64,000 bases of DNA, from the NCBI GenBank assembly GCA_010405405.1, contig MU004235.1, forward strand, positions 200,538 through 264,537. The letters are read 5' to 3'. The notes under the pieces are model-generated. The model saw nothing but the letters and a program-made list of their open reading frames with translations, ran no database searches and was not told the origin of the DNA. Source of the DNA: Microthyrium microscopicum (lineage: Eukaryota). The translations under genes and the position numbers were made by a program. Each line of letters begins with the position of its first letter. The first letter of the stretch is position 1. Below are positions 52,365 through 64,000 of this stretch, piece after piece.

Positions 52365-53844
52365 TCAATTGACGAATGAAAACCACATGGATAGATATGG
52401 AAAGGCTGAAATTTTATCATTGGTACTACGATAACACATTTTATGGATTTACGGTCTCTCAGAGTACGCGAAAAGAACGCGAACGTGTACGACTTTGACG
52501 ACAACATCGCGAACGTTTTTACGGAACGCGTCTTGCACGGCAGTCTATTTTTTCAAAACTGTTTATGGCCTTCATAAGCGCGCCTGTCCTTTATCGCAAT
52601 CTCAAATGGGTATGGCGAGTACTACTTAATTGGTATCAGGTTTTGAGAACCGCATTATTGGAAGATTTGATGGGGAGGATATGAGTCTTTGGACTTGAAG
52701 ATACAGTCAAAATATATAAATACATGACTATAAGATGAGATCCTTGTTGGTGCGCGCGTGAGAATCTAGGAGTAGTCGTGTAATGTTTATCGGTTATTTC
52801 ACTCAATGCTCTATCATTTGATACAGCATCACTCGTGGGTTCATCATATGTTCATCAGAACACGCTGCCTTGAGCCTAATCTTCTGATGGTCTGCTTCAC
52901 ATAGCATGATCGGATGGTTGCCTGGCTGATCATCAGAACATCATCAACCAACAGACTGATAATGCGAGAATCATCTGCTATGTAGACACTTGACAGCGTG
53001 AATAGCACGTCATTAGAGAATTTTGAACTGCACATCCGGTACCACCAAAGACCTCCCAGCCTGACATTCAGTTTGCAAACTCAAACATAGCTTACAGCGT
53101 ACCTACAGGGCTTGGAAGTTTGACAAAGAGAGTATGAAACATGTTGAAGCTCACGCCTGTCAACAAGAGATAGCGGCAGATGGACGACAAAGCGACCAAT
53201 AACCCTTCAGGGCAGATTTGCCCAACAGTGACTGAGAAAGCCAGCAGCATTAAATATATCCCACCTCATAAAAGGACGAGGACTTTGAGTAGGAGTTGGA
53301 GGCCTTCTAAGCCTTCTGGACCTCCTGAGCCTCCACGTTCCCACCCTTGCCAACCTTTCAACAGACCCCAGTCTTTCCGGCCTCTTTTGGATGGCTACAT
53401 TGAATAGATAAGGTAGGAGCGCGCAGCAGATATCCTGATTGTTTTGACGCGTTTGGGCTGGCATCGGATCCGGGATGGTGCTCCCATCAAGTGCGCTGCC
53501 TGCTCTATGCTACCTTTCATGATCAGGTGCTTCATTTACAACCAAGATAATGAAGACGCCGTAACATCTCATCGTCTGAAGCTGTCATAGTTTAGTGTCT
53601 TTTCATGAAAGTAAAGTAGAGGGTGGGAGTTGGCGAAGTTAATGGCGAGTCGTCACCTTTTAATTCAATGCCAAGCCCCAGCTCAGCCTCCCTAAAACCA
53701 ACCACTAACAGCATCCAAGGATCCTTGTACACGCCGCAACCAACAAACCAACACCAAGACCTCATTCTCCATTTCACCCCTCCACTCCCTCCTCTCTCTT
53801 CCACAACCACAACTCCCTCCACAACTTCCGCCCTTCATACCAGC

Positions 53845-55386
53845 ATGTCTACTCCAGATCACGATAATCAGCGCACGCCCCGCCGCGTACGTGGACAGAG
53901 AGGCGGCTCCAAAGCAACAAGAAATGGTCAAGAACCTACCCAAGCACCCAACTACAACAACAATAACGTAACTCAACCATTACCATTTCCTACCCTTAAC
54001 GGCACTCCGAGCCAGCTATATGCTGGTCCAACGTTCCACGCATCTCCGGCCGCCTCTGCTCTACCCTTACCGCGATTCGCAGCATCGGCTCCATCTGGTG
54101 CTAACAACAATGGCGGCCTCGCTGAGCGACTCGAGAAGGAGAAGGAAGGCAAACAAAACGGGTATCCTGAGACCAACGGTACTCCTACCAAAAGTCCTGG
54201 TCTCCCTCTCAGTCAAGAATCTCCGAATGCTAGAGGCGCCGGTTCTCCTTTCGCATCGTTAGACATCCTATTCAATGCCGATCGTGCTGAGAAGGCCAAA
54301 GGCCAGACTCCATATGCGCGCCGACAACACCAGCCCGAACCTAACGCTGCGATTCCTCCACAAGCCCAACAACCTCAATATGCTCCATCGGCGCATAACT
54401 TGGTAGCTCAAAGTAGACCTGCTTTTCCTACCAATGCTCATGGGGAGAAGGCAAAGTCTCATACGAGTCACTTCTCTCAGCAAATGCCAGCAGCCCAATC
54501 TCAGCCCAAAGCCCCATTCGCCTTTGTCCACCAAGGTCTACCCGCATATGATCCCGTTAGCGAATTAGAAACCAAGATGTCCAAGACTGCGATCCAAAAG
54601 CCAGATAATTCGAAGCCTGCGCCTGGTCACTGGGCATCCATCTATGGTGCGAGTCAGGCGCCAGGCCATTCTCGAAGCATTTCCACTGGTAGTGCCAATG
54701 GGATGTTTTCGATGGAGATGGATAGAAAATCACAAGGTCAGAATGGACATGCTTCAAATTTCATGTCCAAAGCTCAGATTGACCTTCTGAGCAAGCACCA
54801 ATCCTCTGCGCCTCGTTCGGTCGCTGAGCTCCAAGGAACCCAATATGAGCGTCCTTCGAGCGTCCCTGGAACAGCACAACCAAATCGCCAGCACCACCAG
54901 CTCATGCCAGGCCAACAGGTTTCTAAGATGGCACCACGTAGTGCTGACAACTCACCCTTTACTGCGGCCTCTGGCGCTCGTCCTCCACCAGGCCCAGCAA
55001 ACCAACTACATTATGGCAGCCGAAATCTGACTGGAATGTTCCGTGCGGTCAAGGATGGAAGCACCCCGAATGGACAGGAGTCTAGTCACGTCCAGACGGC
55101 GCAAAGCAACAATCAGGCTCTGGTCGAGCCGGTGAGTGCAAGCCTGACGAAACAGGAGATTGACAAGGCTGCTCAGCTCTATCTCAGCGGTATGATCGCC
55201 CAGCATGAGCCGAAGCAGCCTCAACAACCTCAACAGTCTCAACAGGCTCCTCCGCAGTACGCTCCTCAGCAGTATGGTCCTCCGCAATATGGACCACCTG
55301 GTGCATGGAGCCAGTATGGCCCTCCCGCCTTTGCCCAATATGGACCTCCGCGTGCTGGTCCATATCAGGGCGGTCCGGGAATGTAA
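53845..55386 (+). CDS. Edc1/PNRC-motif protein (putative mRNA decapping activator)
   Basis: LYAGPTFHASPAASALPLPRF matches the YAG..F...P....LPxP motif of Edc1/PNRC2. The rest is low complexity. First ATG is at 53845; the ORF track starts at a GTG. Confidence 0.75.
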   Translation: MSTPDHDNQRTPRRVRGQRGGSKATRNGQEPTQAPNYNNNNVTQPLPFPTLNGTPSQLYAGPTFHASPAASALPLPRFAASAPSGANNNGGLAERLEKEKEGKQNGYPETNGTPTKSPGLPLSQESPNARGAGSPFASLDILFNADRAEKAKGQTPYARRQHQPEPNAAIPPQAQQPQYAPSAHNLVAQSRPAFPTNAHGEKAKSHTSHFSQQMPAAQSQPKAPFAFVHQGLPAYDPVSELETKMSKTAIQKPDNSKPAPGHWASIYGASQAPGHSRSISTGSANGMFSMEMDRKSQGQNGHASNFMSKAQIDLLSKHQSSAPRSVAELQGTQYERPSSVPGTAQPNRQHHQLMPGQQVSKMAPRSADNSPFTAASGARPPPGPANQLHYGSRNLTGMFRAVKDGSTPNGQESSHVQTAQSNNQALVEPVSASLTKQEIDKAAQLYLSGMIAQHEPKQPQQPQQSQQAPPQYAPQQYGPPQYGPPGAWSQYGPPAFAQYGPPRAGPYQGGPGM

Positions 55387-56115
55387 GCGGGGTCAATTTT
55401 GGATTCAATGGCGTTATATGGTGCTCTTATCTGTTTGTTTGTTTGTTTGCCTTCGTTGCGTTTTTATACTGTCTGAAACGGCTCTAGATTCTAGAGTGTC
55501 ATCTTCAGGGACCTAGTTGTTGGTCCTATTTCCTTGTACTTGTCAATGTAAGGTTTCTCATGAGTCTTGTCTGTTTTGATTTATCGTCCTGACTATTCCA
55601 CTTTGTTGTTTTCTGTTGTCTTGTACTTGTCATGATCTGTCTACAATAATGTGTTTATCTGACTACGAACACTTCACTGGACTATGCATCATGCCGATAT
55701 GATAATGGCTTCCACTGGAGCACCCAGAAACGTCAGATGAGAACCTCATGTCTTTTCTCTATACTCTTAAGCAGTTCCACTGCAACTCAGAACAAAAATG
55801 TTGACAGCAACATACTACCAACCCTTCAAAAACAGCTCTTAAGTTATATACTGCTCTTGCGGGAGTACAGTGCTTAGAAATGTTTTGATCTGGGCACATC
55901 ACTTTCCTAATACGCCCCGATTTGGGAGACCAACGAAGACACTCGGGTCCAACTCATGAACATGAATTGTCTAATAGACCAGAAATATCACACGATCTCG
56001 AGCAACACTTTGGATCAGCACCATGATCGAGAGCAACACCTCACGGACCGAATCACGTCGATCAATTGCACAATCTTTCCAATATTTCCTTTGTTTTTCT
56101 TATGTCCACGAAGCT

Positions 56116-57206
56116 CTACTTTACGGCGACACTAGCTGACGCTTTCACGGCTATCTCACCCCTAGCGTTTTCCGCCCACAACTTATACTCTTGCGTCCCG
56201 TCGGCCTCAGCGCCTTCCGCTCCACAGATGCGCATCTCTTCATTCCCATACAGCGGCGACACATTGCGATATTCAAAACTTGTTATACTTCCGCCTCTGG
56301 AGGAGATGTGGCTCTGCAGCAACGTCATCAGCAACGTGCACTGCAACGGGCCATGTACAAGCAGATTTCGATGTCCCTCGACATCCCGACAATACGACCT
56401 ATCAAGGTGTATTGAATGCGCGTTCATAGTCAGGGCACTATATCGGAACAGGAGAGACGCACTAGGCGTTAACGTATGCTCAAACGTCGGCGTTGTCGTA
56501 GCTACAACGCGTAGTATTAGCAAAACCTGCAGAATTCCCAGCCCAAAAAAGGCTTCTTACACTTCTTAACGCGCTCATTCCGCGGCCTCTCTACCATCTT
56601 CAGCGCCACCTCTAGCTCAGAAGCTGTCCGTTCCCGTAGAAATACTATATTCCGTCGCTCAATCAAATCTGCCTCTGCAAAGTCCTTCTCATCCTCACTC
56701 CATAGCCTCTCTACCGCACTCTCCTCTCCCCCGCCCACCTCTCCATCACGTAATCTCCCAATTCGCCTCTCTATGCCTACAAATATCTTCTCTTCGCCTT
56801 CTCGTCCTTTGACACTGACATCCCGTATGCGCTCCACACACACGCCCGGCCCGCCATCTAGTGTGATCGGCCGCCGCATACGCACGCTACCGCCAGCCCA
56901 CATGCGGCGCACAAAGGGCGCGCCGGGGGAGTGTTTGGCGTCAGTGCCGTCTGGGAGGAGAGAGTCGGGGGCGAGGGTGGGGTTGAAGTAGACTAAATGG
57001 TAACCCGGGGGTAAAATAGAAGTAGGCGGGGACAGCGCGGAGACGCTTGGTATCATAGATGCGGGCAGGTAGGAAAGGAGAGATTGCGAGAGGCGGTGCG
57101 CGGCTGTTGGTGAGAAGGGCTCGAGGAGGGGAGACCAGCGGCGTTGAGGGAGGGTGGATGTTAGGGTGGAGAGGGCGCTGCGGAGGTAGGGTGTTGGATG
57201 GGGCAT
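56116..57206 (-). CDS. HTD2-like double hot-dog hydroxyacyl-thioester dehydratase, 2 exons
   Basis: LPPGYHLVYF, LLPDGTD, RRMWAGG, LLFRYSALTMNAHSIHLD, LLVHGPL, FEYRNVSPLY. Confidence 0.88.
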
Positions 57207-57706
57207 TCTGGGCGGGGGTAATTTCTGTGATATTTATTTGTCCATTGGGGATAGCTGGGGCTATTGGATATGGAAATATGTGGTGGAGGAGGGATAGAAG
57301 TTGGAGATGGAGATGTTCAATGTTCGCGAAGTCGAATAGCATCATGATGTTTTATTTCCGGCGGGAATAAGAGCTATATACCCCTGACGCCCTCAATTGC
57401 GGATTTTGATCTTGAACTTGATCCATCTTTTCTACCGAAACGTCCGAAATTGACTGAGGCTCTACACTTTCTTCATCTGCTTGAGCTCGTAAGAGATCCC
57501 GTCGGGTCTTGTTTTTGAGGCTATGGCTGCAGTGTCTGTGACGCATTTCCCAAAGATGACAGTGTTCTAGAGAAGTATTGATTGCTAACATGTAGCAATG
57601 GCCAATGAGCCTAATATCTACAGCTTACTATACATAGGAAAAATCTACAAGTGCATGGCAGCCAGACCATACAACAAACTCTATATCAACTGGCTGGGGG
57701 ATATCA

Positions 57707-59653
57707 TCATCTATAAACCACAAACGCTCCAGGTCCCAACTTCAAATGAACTGCCATCACACCGTTTTTCCACTTCGGCCGCACCGTTCGTCCTCCCACT
57801 GGGTAGATTCGCTTCATTCCTTCTCCGTTTGCGTGTATATTACAATCCACTAGCACATACGCGTCGATCGAGTGCTTCGGGTCTGTGTTGAGCGCACACA
57901 GCACCTCCGTCTTGCCTAGAATACGCGACCACCCGATAATCGTTCTCAGCGCGGGGACGACTGGCTTGCCCGATTTATCAGGAAACACATTGTAGTATGC
58001 CTGACCCTTTAGCTCAGGTATCTTGAAGATCATGCCATCTGTCGAAACGGGCCGTAGCCATTGATCGCCTCGGCGAAGAGCTGGTTCGCGCGCGCGAATC
58101 CGCGAGATGTCTTGGAATACACGGTAGCCGAGTGTGCTTTCGTCGAAAAAGTGTCGACCGCGCGACCCGAATGCGCCGAACGCACCTCCAAACATCGATT
58201 CGCGGATAAAGGCATCGGCTGGTAAAGGCGGAGCCTCGGATTCGCCGTCGAAGATTTGCTCGGTGCCATAATATATGCATGGAATTCCAGATGTGCAGAG
58301 GTTTAATCCGATGACGGCTGGAAGTAGTGTCTTTGCATGCGGCTGTGCGCCGAATCGAGCCTTCAGACCATTGCGCCATATTTGATCATGGTCGTCTATC
58401 ATGGTTATCATCTCGCTACGGTGCCAGCCGTTGGAGTCCTTCTCGTTGGAAAATGCGTCAAAGTAGTAGCCTGGACTGATTAGTCCTTGGGGTGCATTCC
58501 ACAATCCTTCTTGAATGTTGCCAACGCCCAGCGCGCCGTCAAGTCCAGTACTGCGTACAATGTCCATTGCGTCTGGTCCAGCAATCTCGGAGACTATTAG
58601 GAAATTTGTCTTGCCTAAGCTTTTGGCAAATTCGCGGATCGAGTTGACAAAGTACCGACATGGCCCTTTTCCCAGATGTTTTCCAGCATCTAAACGATAG
58701 GCGTCTAGTCAAGTCAGTATGTGCTATGAAGAACAACTTTGAGAGTACCTACCCAGGTCCGCATAGGCGATCCAAAACTTCCAGATGTCGCAAAACGCTT
58801 CCAGAGCGGGTGTTGGTTTGAAGTCCTCGTCATTGAGTGTATCGCCAAGATTCACCTTCTTAAGATTGTAAAAGTCTCCATCCAAGTACTCTGGGCTTTC
58901 TTCCCATTCCACGATCTGGCCTTGCCGAGAGAAGCTTTCTGCTGGCTGTAATTCCTTCGGCCATACACCTGCGTCAGGGAATGCATTAGGGTACTTCTTT
59001 TCATCGATTGTGCCAAAAGGTATAAAGTCGGTGCTGCTCCTTTTCTCGTTCCAGTATCCTTTCACTTTCTGCGGTTTTCCTTTATCATACCCTGGAGCTC
59101 CGTCCTCGTAGGCAAAGACATCACCAGTGTGATTGACCTGGATATCAAGCATGATATATATGCCCTCACGATGGGCTGCCTCCACGAGTTGCTTAAAATC
59201 CTCCCTCGTCCCGAAATGGCTGTCGACCTCCAGGAAGTTCTGTATGCAATAGCCATGGTAGGTGGGTTCGCCTAGGACTTGCTTCTGGATTGGCGCAATC
59301 CATAATGCTGTGACTCCTAGCCTCTTGAGATAGCCAAGTTTACTGGTGATTCCTTTGATATTGCCTCCCACAAAGTCCGAGCCTGCATCTATCCACCTGT
59401 TCTTGGTCTTCTCGTCTTTCCACGCGTTGTCCTTATCCTTTTTGCGAAACAATGGAGTGACGCCATCTGTTACAAGCTGATTGTTCAGATCCCGATAGTT
59501 GAGTTCCAGGTTATCGGAGAAGCGGTCTGGAAGTAGAAAGTATAAAACTTCGTCTTCCCATGCTATAGGTGATTCGAAAAAGTCCTTATCAGTTGCAGTA
59601 AGCCCAAGAAGTTCCTGGACCTCCTCATCCTGGAGCGATCTGAGTGGTGCCAT
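57707..59653 (-). CDS. Intracellular GH13 alpha-amylase family protein, 2 exons
   Basis: WEDEVLYFLLPDRFSD, YHGY, DIQVNH (region I), DL|DAYRLDAGKHL (II), SEIAG (III), IDDHD (IV), GIPCIYYGTEQ; no signal peptide. Confidence 0.9.
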
Positions 59654-60625
59654 GTCGCTGTATTAAGTATGCTGTATAATGACCTTATGTTCCAAGAAAA
59701 ATGCACATCCCGTAGGCAAGTATTCGTAGGTAGCGACAAGGAGGAAAGAGTTAGTGCCGAAGCTACTTTCCTAGGCCAAGTACCTGTTATCTACCACGGC
59801 ACAGATTGTCGGAATTGCGGATTTCAGAAGACATTACAGGCCAGGATAGCCACGAGGACAAGACGGTTTATTATAAAGGGCAAAACAAACTATACTTTTT
59901 CATATGTGCTTCAAAGCTGGAGCAGCCATTCCAGGTAGCTCTGCACGGACAGATACCACATGCGAATCCGACACTGGTTTTTATCCCAGTGTTTATAGCT
60001 TATGAGCTTCAAGAGAGTAGACGTTTAGCTGTTCTGGACAGTACGAGACCGAGCACAGTCTGACAACTGGCAACAATCTATACTAAACTCTTCTATAAAC
60101 ATTGTTTGTCTAGAAGCCATTTGGAACTTGCCAGCAATGCTACTCAAAACATATTGTTGCCAGCTTGCCAGAAGCAAGATAGCTCAATTGACAAGGGGGC
60201 CCAAGTTTCATCCTCGTGACCATACCCCAGATTCTTTAACCTTTCTAGAAGAATGTTTAATTCATGCGCGACATGATGTAAGACTCGGGGATGCGGTTTT
60301 GCTGTCCGATTATATCAAAGTGTCAAGGCCATACTATTGAAGAGTCAATGCTCCCCCACAATCGATCTGGAGATCTTAGTATCCGGTTCCCGTAGTCTGC
60401 TAGGGCCCAGATAATTCCGGACGATTTAGCAGCCGATTGACTTTGACAACTTTGAATTTAGCAGATTGGCCAATGTTACAAAGGATGCTTCCTTGTAGGC
60501 AGCAGCTTTGGGGACAGATGGTCAAAACTACATTAGCGGAGCCTGGAGCATCTGAGCCCTGAGGAATCCACGCCAATGCCCTAGGGAGCCAGAATTACCC
60601 CGGGGTAGAGCCTAATTGAGGGATA

Positions 60626-60652
60626 CCCTGAGGGCAATATTTGCCCTCAGGG
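60626..60652. repeat. Perfect 12-bp inverted repeat CCCTGAGGGCAA-tat-TTGCCCTCAGGG
   Basis: Read directly from the sequence. Confidence 0.9.
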
Positions 60653-63634
60653 CATTACTAGGGCAGCAGGGCAGGCCGGGCAAAGATTTGATTAGTAGAG
60701 CGCGAGGATCTGGGAAGATTATTATTAGTCTAGTCAGTTTGGGGAGCGCGCGCGCCTAGGAGAAAGCTTGGCACTAGCGTTTAGGATAGAGCGGTTATTT
60801 GGCAGGTAAACAATTGCATTAACGTCATTGATAGATTTCTACGCTAGCCCTAGAATAAATATACCCCTAAATTCTTGCCTAGCCACGTTCCTCGCCGCCA
60901 CGTTCCTAACTAGCTACGTTCCTACCTTAATCCTAGCTTTAACTTTACGTACTTTACCTGCTCGCCTTATTTCTATACTTCTCACTGCCCTTGCTAGGAT
61001 CTTACATAAACTCTACTATAATGCAATCTAGTACCCCTAAATCTAATTTACCAATATGCCCCTTCAGATTGCTTCGTATTACTACGGAACTCTAGAATCT
61101 AATGTCGAATTTAAGTCTTAGCCTGTATTAGATTTATTAGTAAACTATCTTACCGCTTTTTATAATTTTCTCTACTTTGGGGCTATCTAGAGTTCGCTAA
61201 GAGACTAGAGCCCTTAACTTTAGGTAGAGCGACATGTCAAAAATCGTATAAAAGCTAGAAATTAGATCCTAGCTCAAAAAAGCTCTATAAGAGTAATAGA
61301 GGAAAATAATAGGGTTAGAAGATTTAGCATCGAATAAATATGATTCTGTTAAGTTTATAAACTGGGATGTACTTGAGGCGATTTGTAGGAATATGTGGAA
61401 ATCTATCCGGTTAGAGAAGAGGTACCATTTCTAGACTATCGTGCAGGAAGGAGAAATTAAAAATTAAGGAGAAAAACGACGTCAAAAGTGCTAGATCTAG
61501 TTAGGAGTGGGCAAAAAACGTAATGTTGGGACAAGGTTATTATGGAAAGTTATCGGCGTTTATAAGGGTTTTTTAGTTAGGCCTTAGTAAGTACTAAAAA
61601 AACATTAGCGGATTTTAAAGAAATAGGGCAGTAGAGCATTTGGTGTTAAGCAATATGGATCAATTAGATCTTAGGAATCAGTCTAGGGGGGTGGTGATAA
61701 GAGCATTTGACTAATGATTAAGTAGATAGGCTACAGATTATTAAAGCCTCAGCTAGCAGTTTGCTTTAATCAGATCGTGGAATTTAAGCCATAGAAGTGA
61801 TGAGAGCTTTCCTATTAAGTCAAGGGGGTTACTAGAGATCGTAAGAGCTTTTGAGGGGCTCTTATAATCGCTAGCAACCCTCCTTGACGAGTTATGCCGA
61901 GGTTGTTAATAAACGTGCAGCCTAGTCAACAAGTATTGGCTCTTTGAAATAGATCTATCCCAAAAAAGGACTTGTTTTGTACATTTCCGGACGTGCTAAA
62001 ACTTTCCTAGCTAAAGTACTTCATTTTTGGGCCGCGCGCTTAAACTAAAGATTGGATTAAGTAAGGTCCGTAACTCTAATGATAGGCCCGCCTTCTATAA
62101 TTCTGGTAGTTGGGTTAATACCTACTGGGGTCAACTTATATGCGTCTGCTTAGTTTTGGTAGTAGGAAGTTCTACTCATCATTCTAATCACAGAGAAGAG
62201 GTTTTTAGACTAGTTACCTAGCAGACTATAATAGGGACAAAGGGGTGTCGACGAGAAGCTACTAGATGCTTTATGCCAATGAGAGTCGCGATAAAATCAA
62301 GAAAAGCATTAAGCCTTAAAAACTTAGCTAGGTTAGTTCTATAGCCCTTATGATCCTTATTAGTCAATCTAAAATTCTAAAGACCTACCGTTAGCGAGAT
62401 AATGGCATTGACGATCTAGAGTCGTTGAGCTATCTAAAGAGCTTAGTTCGGTATGCGTGTCTCTTAACTAGCAACGGGGAGGATGAAAATAGTACCTAGA
62501 TCATAGTTAATAAGATAGGACGTGAGGAGGCTTACCGTCGTTGAGATATAGTAGTTATTGGCTAGCATAGATAGGCGGCATCGTATGAAATACTTCAGGT
62601 ATCGACATGTATTATGTAAAACACTACACGGTAGCTCCGAACAGTAAACTAGTATATATTAGTAAGATTCAGGTGTAAGGGACTTAGCTTAGTGATAATA
62701 TAGTAATAAACTAATGTATTAATTCGCGAAGGAGGTGTTTCGAGACTTAGGAGGTAACCTTGATGGCTAGTATGTCTGCTAGAGGAACTCTATAATACTA
62801 CAGCATAGATTAGCAGCTATAGTAGGAAGTATACTCATTACAGTATTGGAAATAGGACTACCTATCTAGATCTAGTTACTCCTAAGTAGTTATTCTATGT
62901 CTACGGCTAGTAGAGGTCTCTCCTAATCCCTAGAAACCAGAGGAAGAATACTAGCTAGACTAGGGAGCTACTATTGTATACTAGGTCTATAGTCACTATA
63001 TCGTAGATCTAAAAGCCTTAGTTGGAAGCACCTATGAGGCTATTAACTTTACAAAACTGCTCTATAGGGGCTATAAGATGATTCAAAGAGGGATAGCAAG
63101 ATACAAACTAATATACGACTAAAATTATGACCAATATAGCGAAAAATAATTATAATTTAAGGTCGAGATGGTAATGAAGGACGTAAAGGAGATGAGAGGC
63201 CGTTTATTAATGCACTAGATAGCATCAGCGGGTTAGCAACAGTATTAAATTAGACTTAGAATGGTGAGTAGGCAAAAGCTTTTAGGAGGGCATTTAGAGA
63301 ATAGGGATTAAGGGATATTAGTATGGACTTTAGTAACGCTTTATACTATGTCTGCAACTAAGTATATATACCCGTAAGGCAGCTATAGATCTAATTAGCG
63401 CTGTGGTAGTCATAGCTCGACTCGATTATTTTCTAGAGCAGTTAGTATCTAATAGGTTGATTGATAGGTTATAAAGTAGGACAGAATGTATATTCAGTAG
63501 TCAAGGGGGTCACTGTCATGGATAGAGCTTATTAGATGTCACGTTAAAGTATATTACCGCTAAAAATAATGTAATAGTAATGAATATAATGTTTTGTAAT
63601 TAATATAGGTTGTACGTTGGTATAATACCTCATA

Positions 63635-63735
63635 ACTAGTGTCTAGTATCTAGTGTCTAGAGCTAGTGTCTAGAGCTAGTGTCTATTATCTAGTATCTAT
63701 AACTAGTATTTAGAGCTAGTGTTTAGAGTCTAGGG
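63635..63735 (+). repeat. Degenerate tandem repeat, about 13-nt unit TAGTGTCTAGAGC
   Basis: Successive units tagtgtctagtatc, tagtgtctagagc (x2), tagtgtctattatc, tagtatttagagc, tagtgtttagagt. Confidence 0.8.
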
Positions 63736-64000
63736 TTAGATCCATGGCTACAAAGCTAGAGCTAGTGTTCAGAGTTACTATGGGCTAGCGCTAGTAACAT
63801 GGCAGTTAAATGGAATAGGGTTTAGAAGCATAACTAGGAAAACAAATAGGGAGGACGAAAAGGGGTAATGCTTAGCGTTAGGTTAGATTACTGTTATCTT
63901 CGCCTGATAATAGCTAACAAACTAGATTTCGTTAGCGTAATTAATGAGGCGAATGAAACTTATATCTATAACGTCCTATATGCGAAGACAATAGAGTAAA

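Larger units (their letters stand above)
60550..64000. mobile_element. RIP-mutated repeat / degraded mobile element of unidentified class, running off the window
   Basis: Sharp shift to AT-rich DNA saturated with TAG/TAA/CTA/TTA; almost no ORFs over 60 aa; protein-like frames broken mostly by TAG/TAA. Confidence 0.8.

Noticed and set aside
52465..52535. Cluster of ACGCG/CGCGAA (MCB/SCB-like) motifs
   Set aside because: It lies in the probable 3' UTR of the CRIB gene, far from the next start; no support for promoter function.
61305..63745. TAGGGTTAG words resembling telomeric repeats
   Set aside because: Isolated occurrences, expected by chance in RIP-mutated DNA; no tandem TTAGGG array.

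Overview
Gene-dense, intron-containing genomic DNA from a filamentous ascomycete (Pezizomycotina), judged from short GT-AG introns with CTAAC/CTGAC branch sites, fungal-type genes and a RIP signature. Recognisable conserved genes: a divergent CBP4 (missed by the ORF track), NAP1, a sucrose/H+ symporter-type MFS transporter, Rheb GTPase, a C78-family (ZUP1/Mug105-like) peptidase, class V myosin MYO2, an ABHD11-like hydrolase, RPS1 (eS1), an ABCC/MRP transporter, an ABM-domain protein, a CRIB-domain protein, an Edc1/PNRC-motif protein, an HTD2-like hot-dog dehydratase and an intracellular GH13 amylase of bacterial appearance. Accessory patches lie between them: an array of three related F-box-like CxxC genes (7.4-13.3 kb, one with a private 269-nt intron), orphan reading frames split only by in-frame TAG codons (23.5-24.3 kb, 53.2-53.6 kb), and from about 60.55 kb to the window end a RIP-mutated repeat of unidentified class with a palindrome-rich left edge. 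I saw no tRNA, rRNA or CRISPR. Exon boundaries were read by eye and family calls come from motif recognition, not from database searches.
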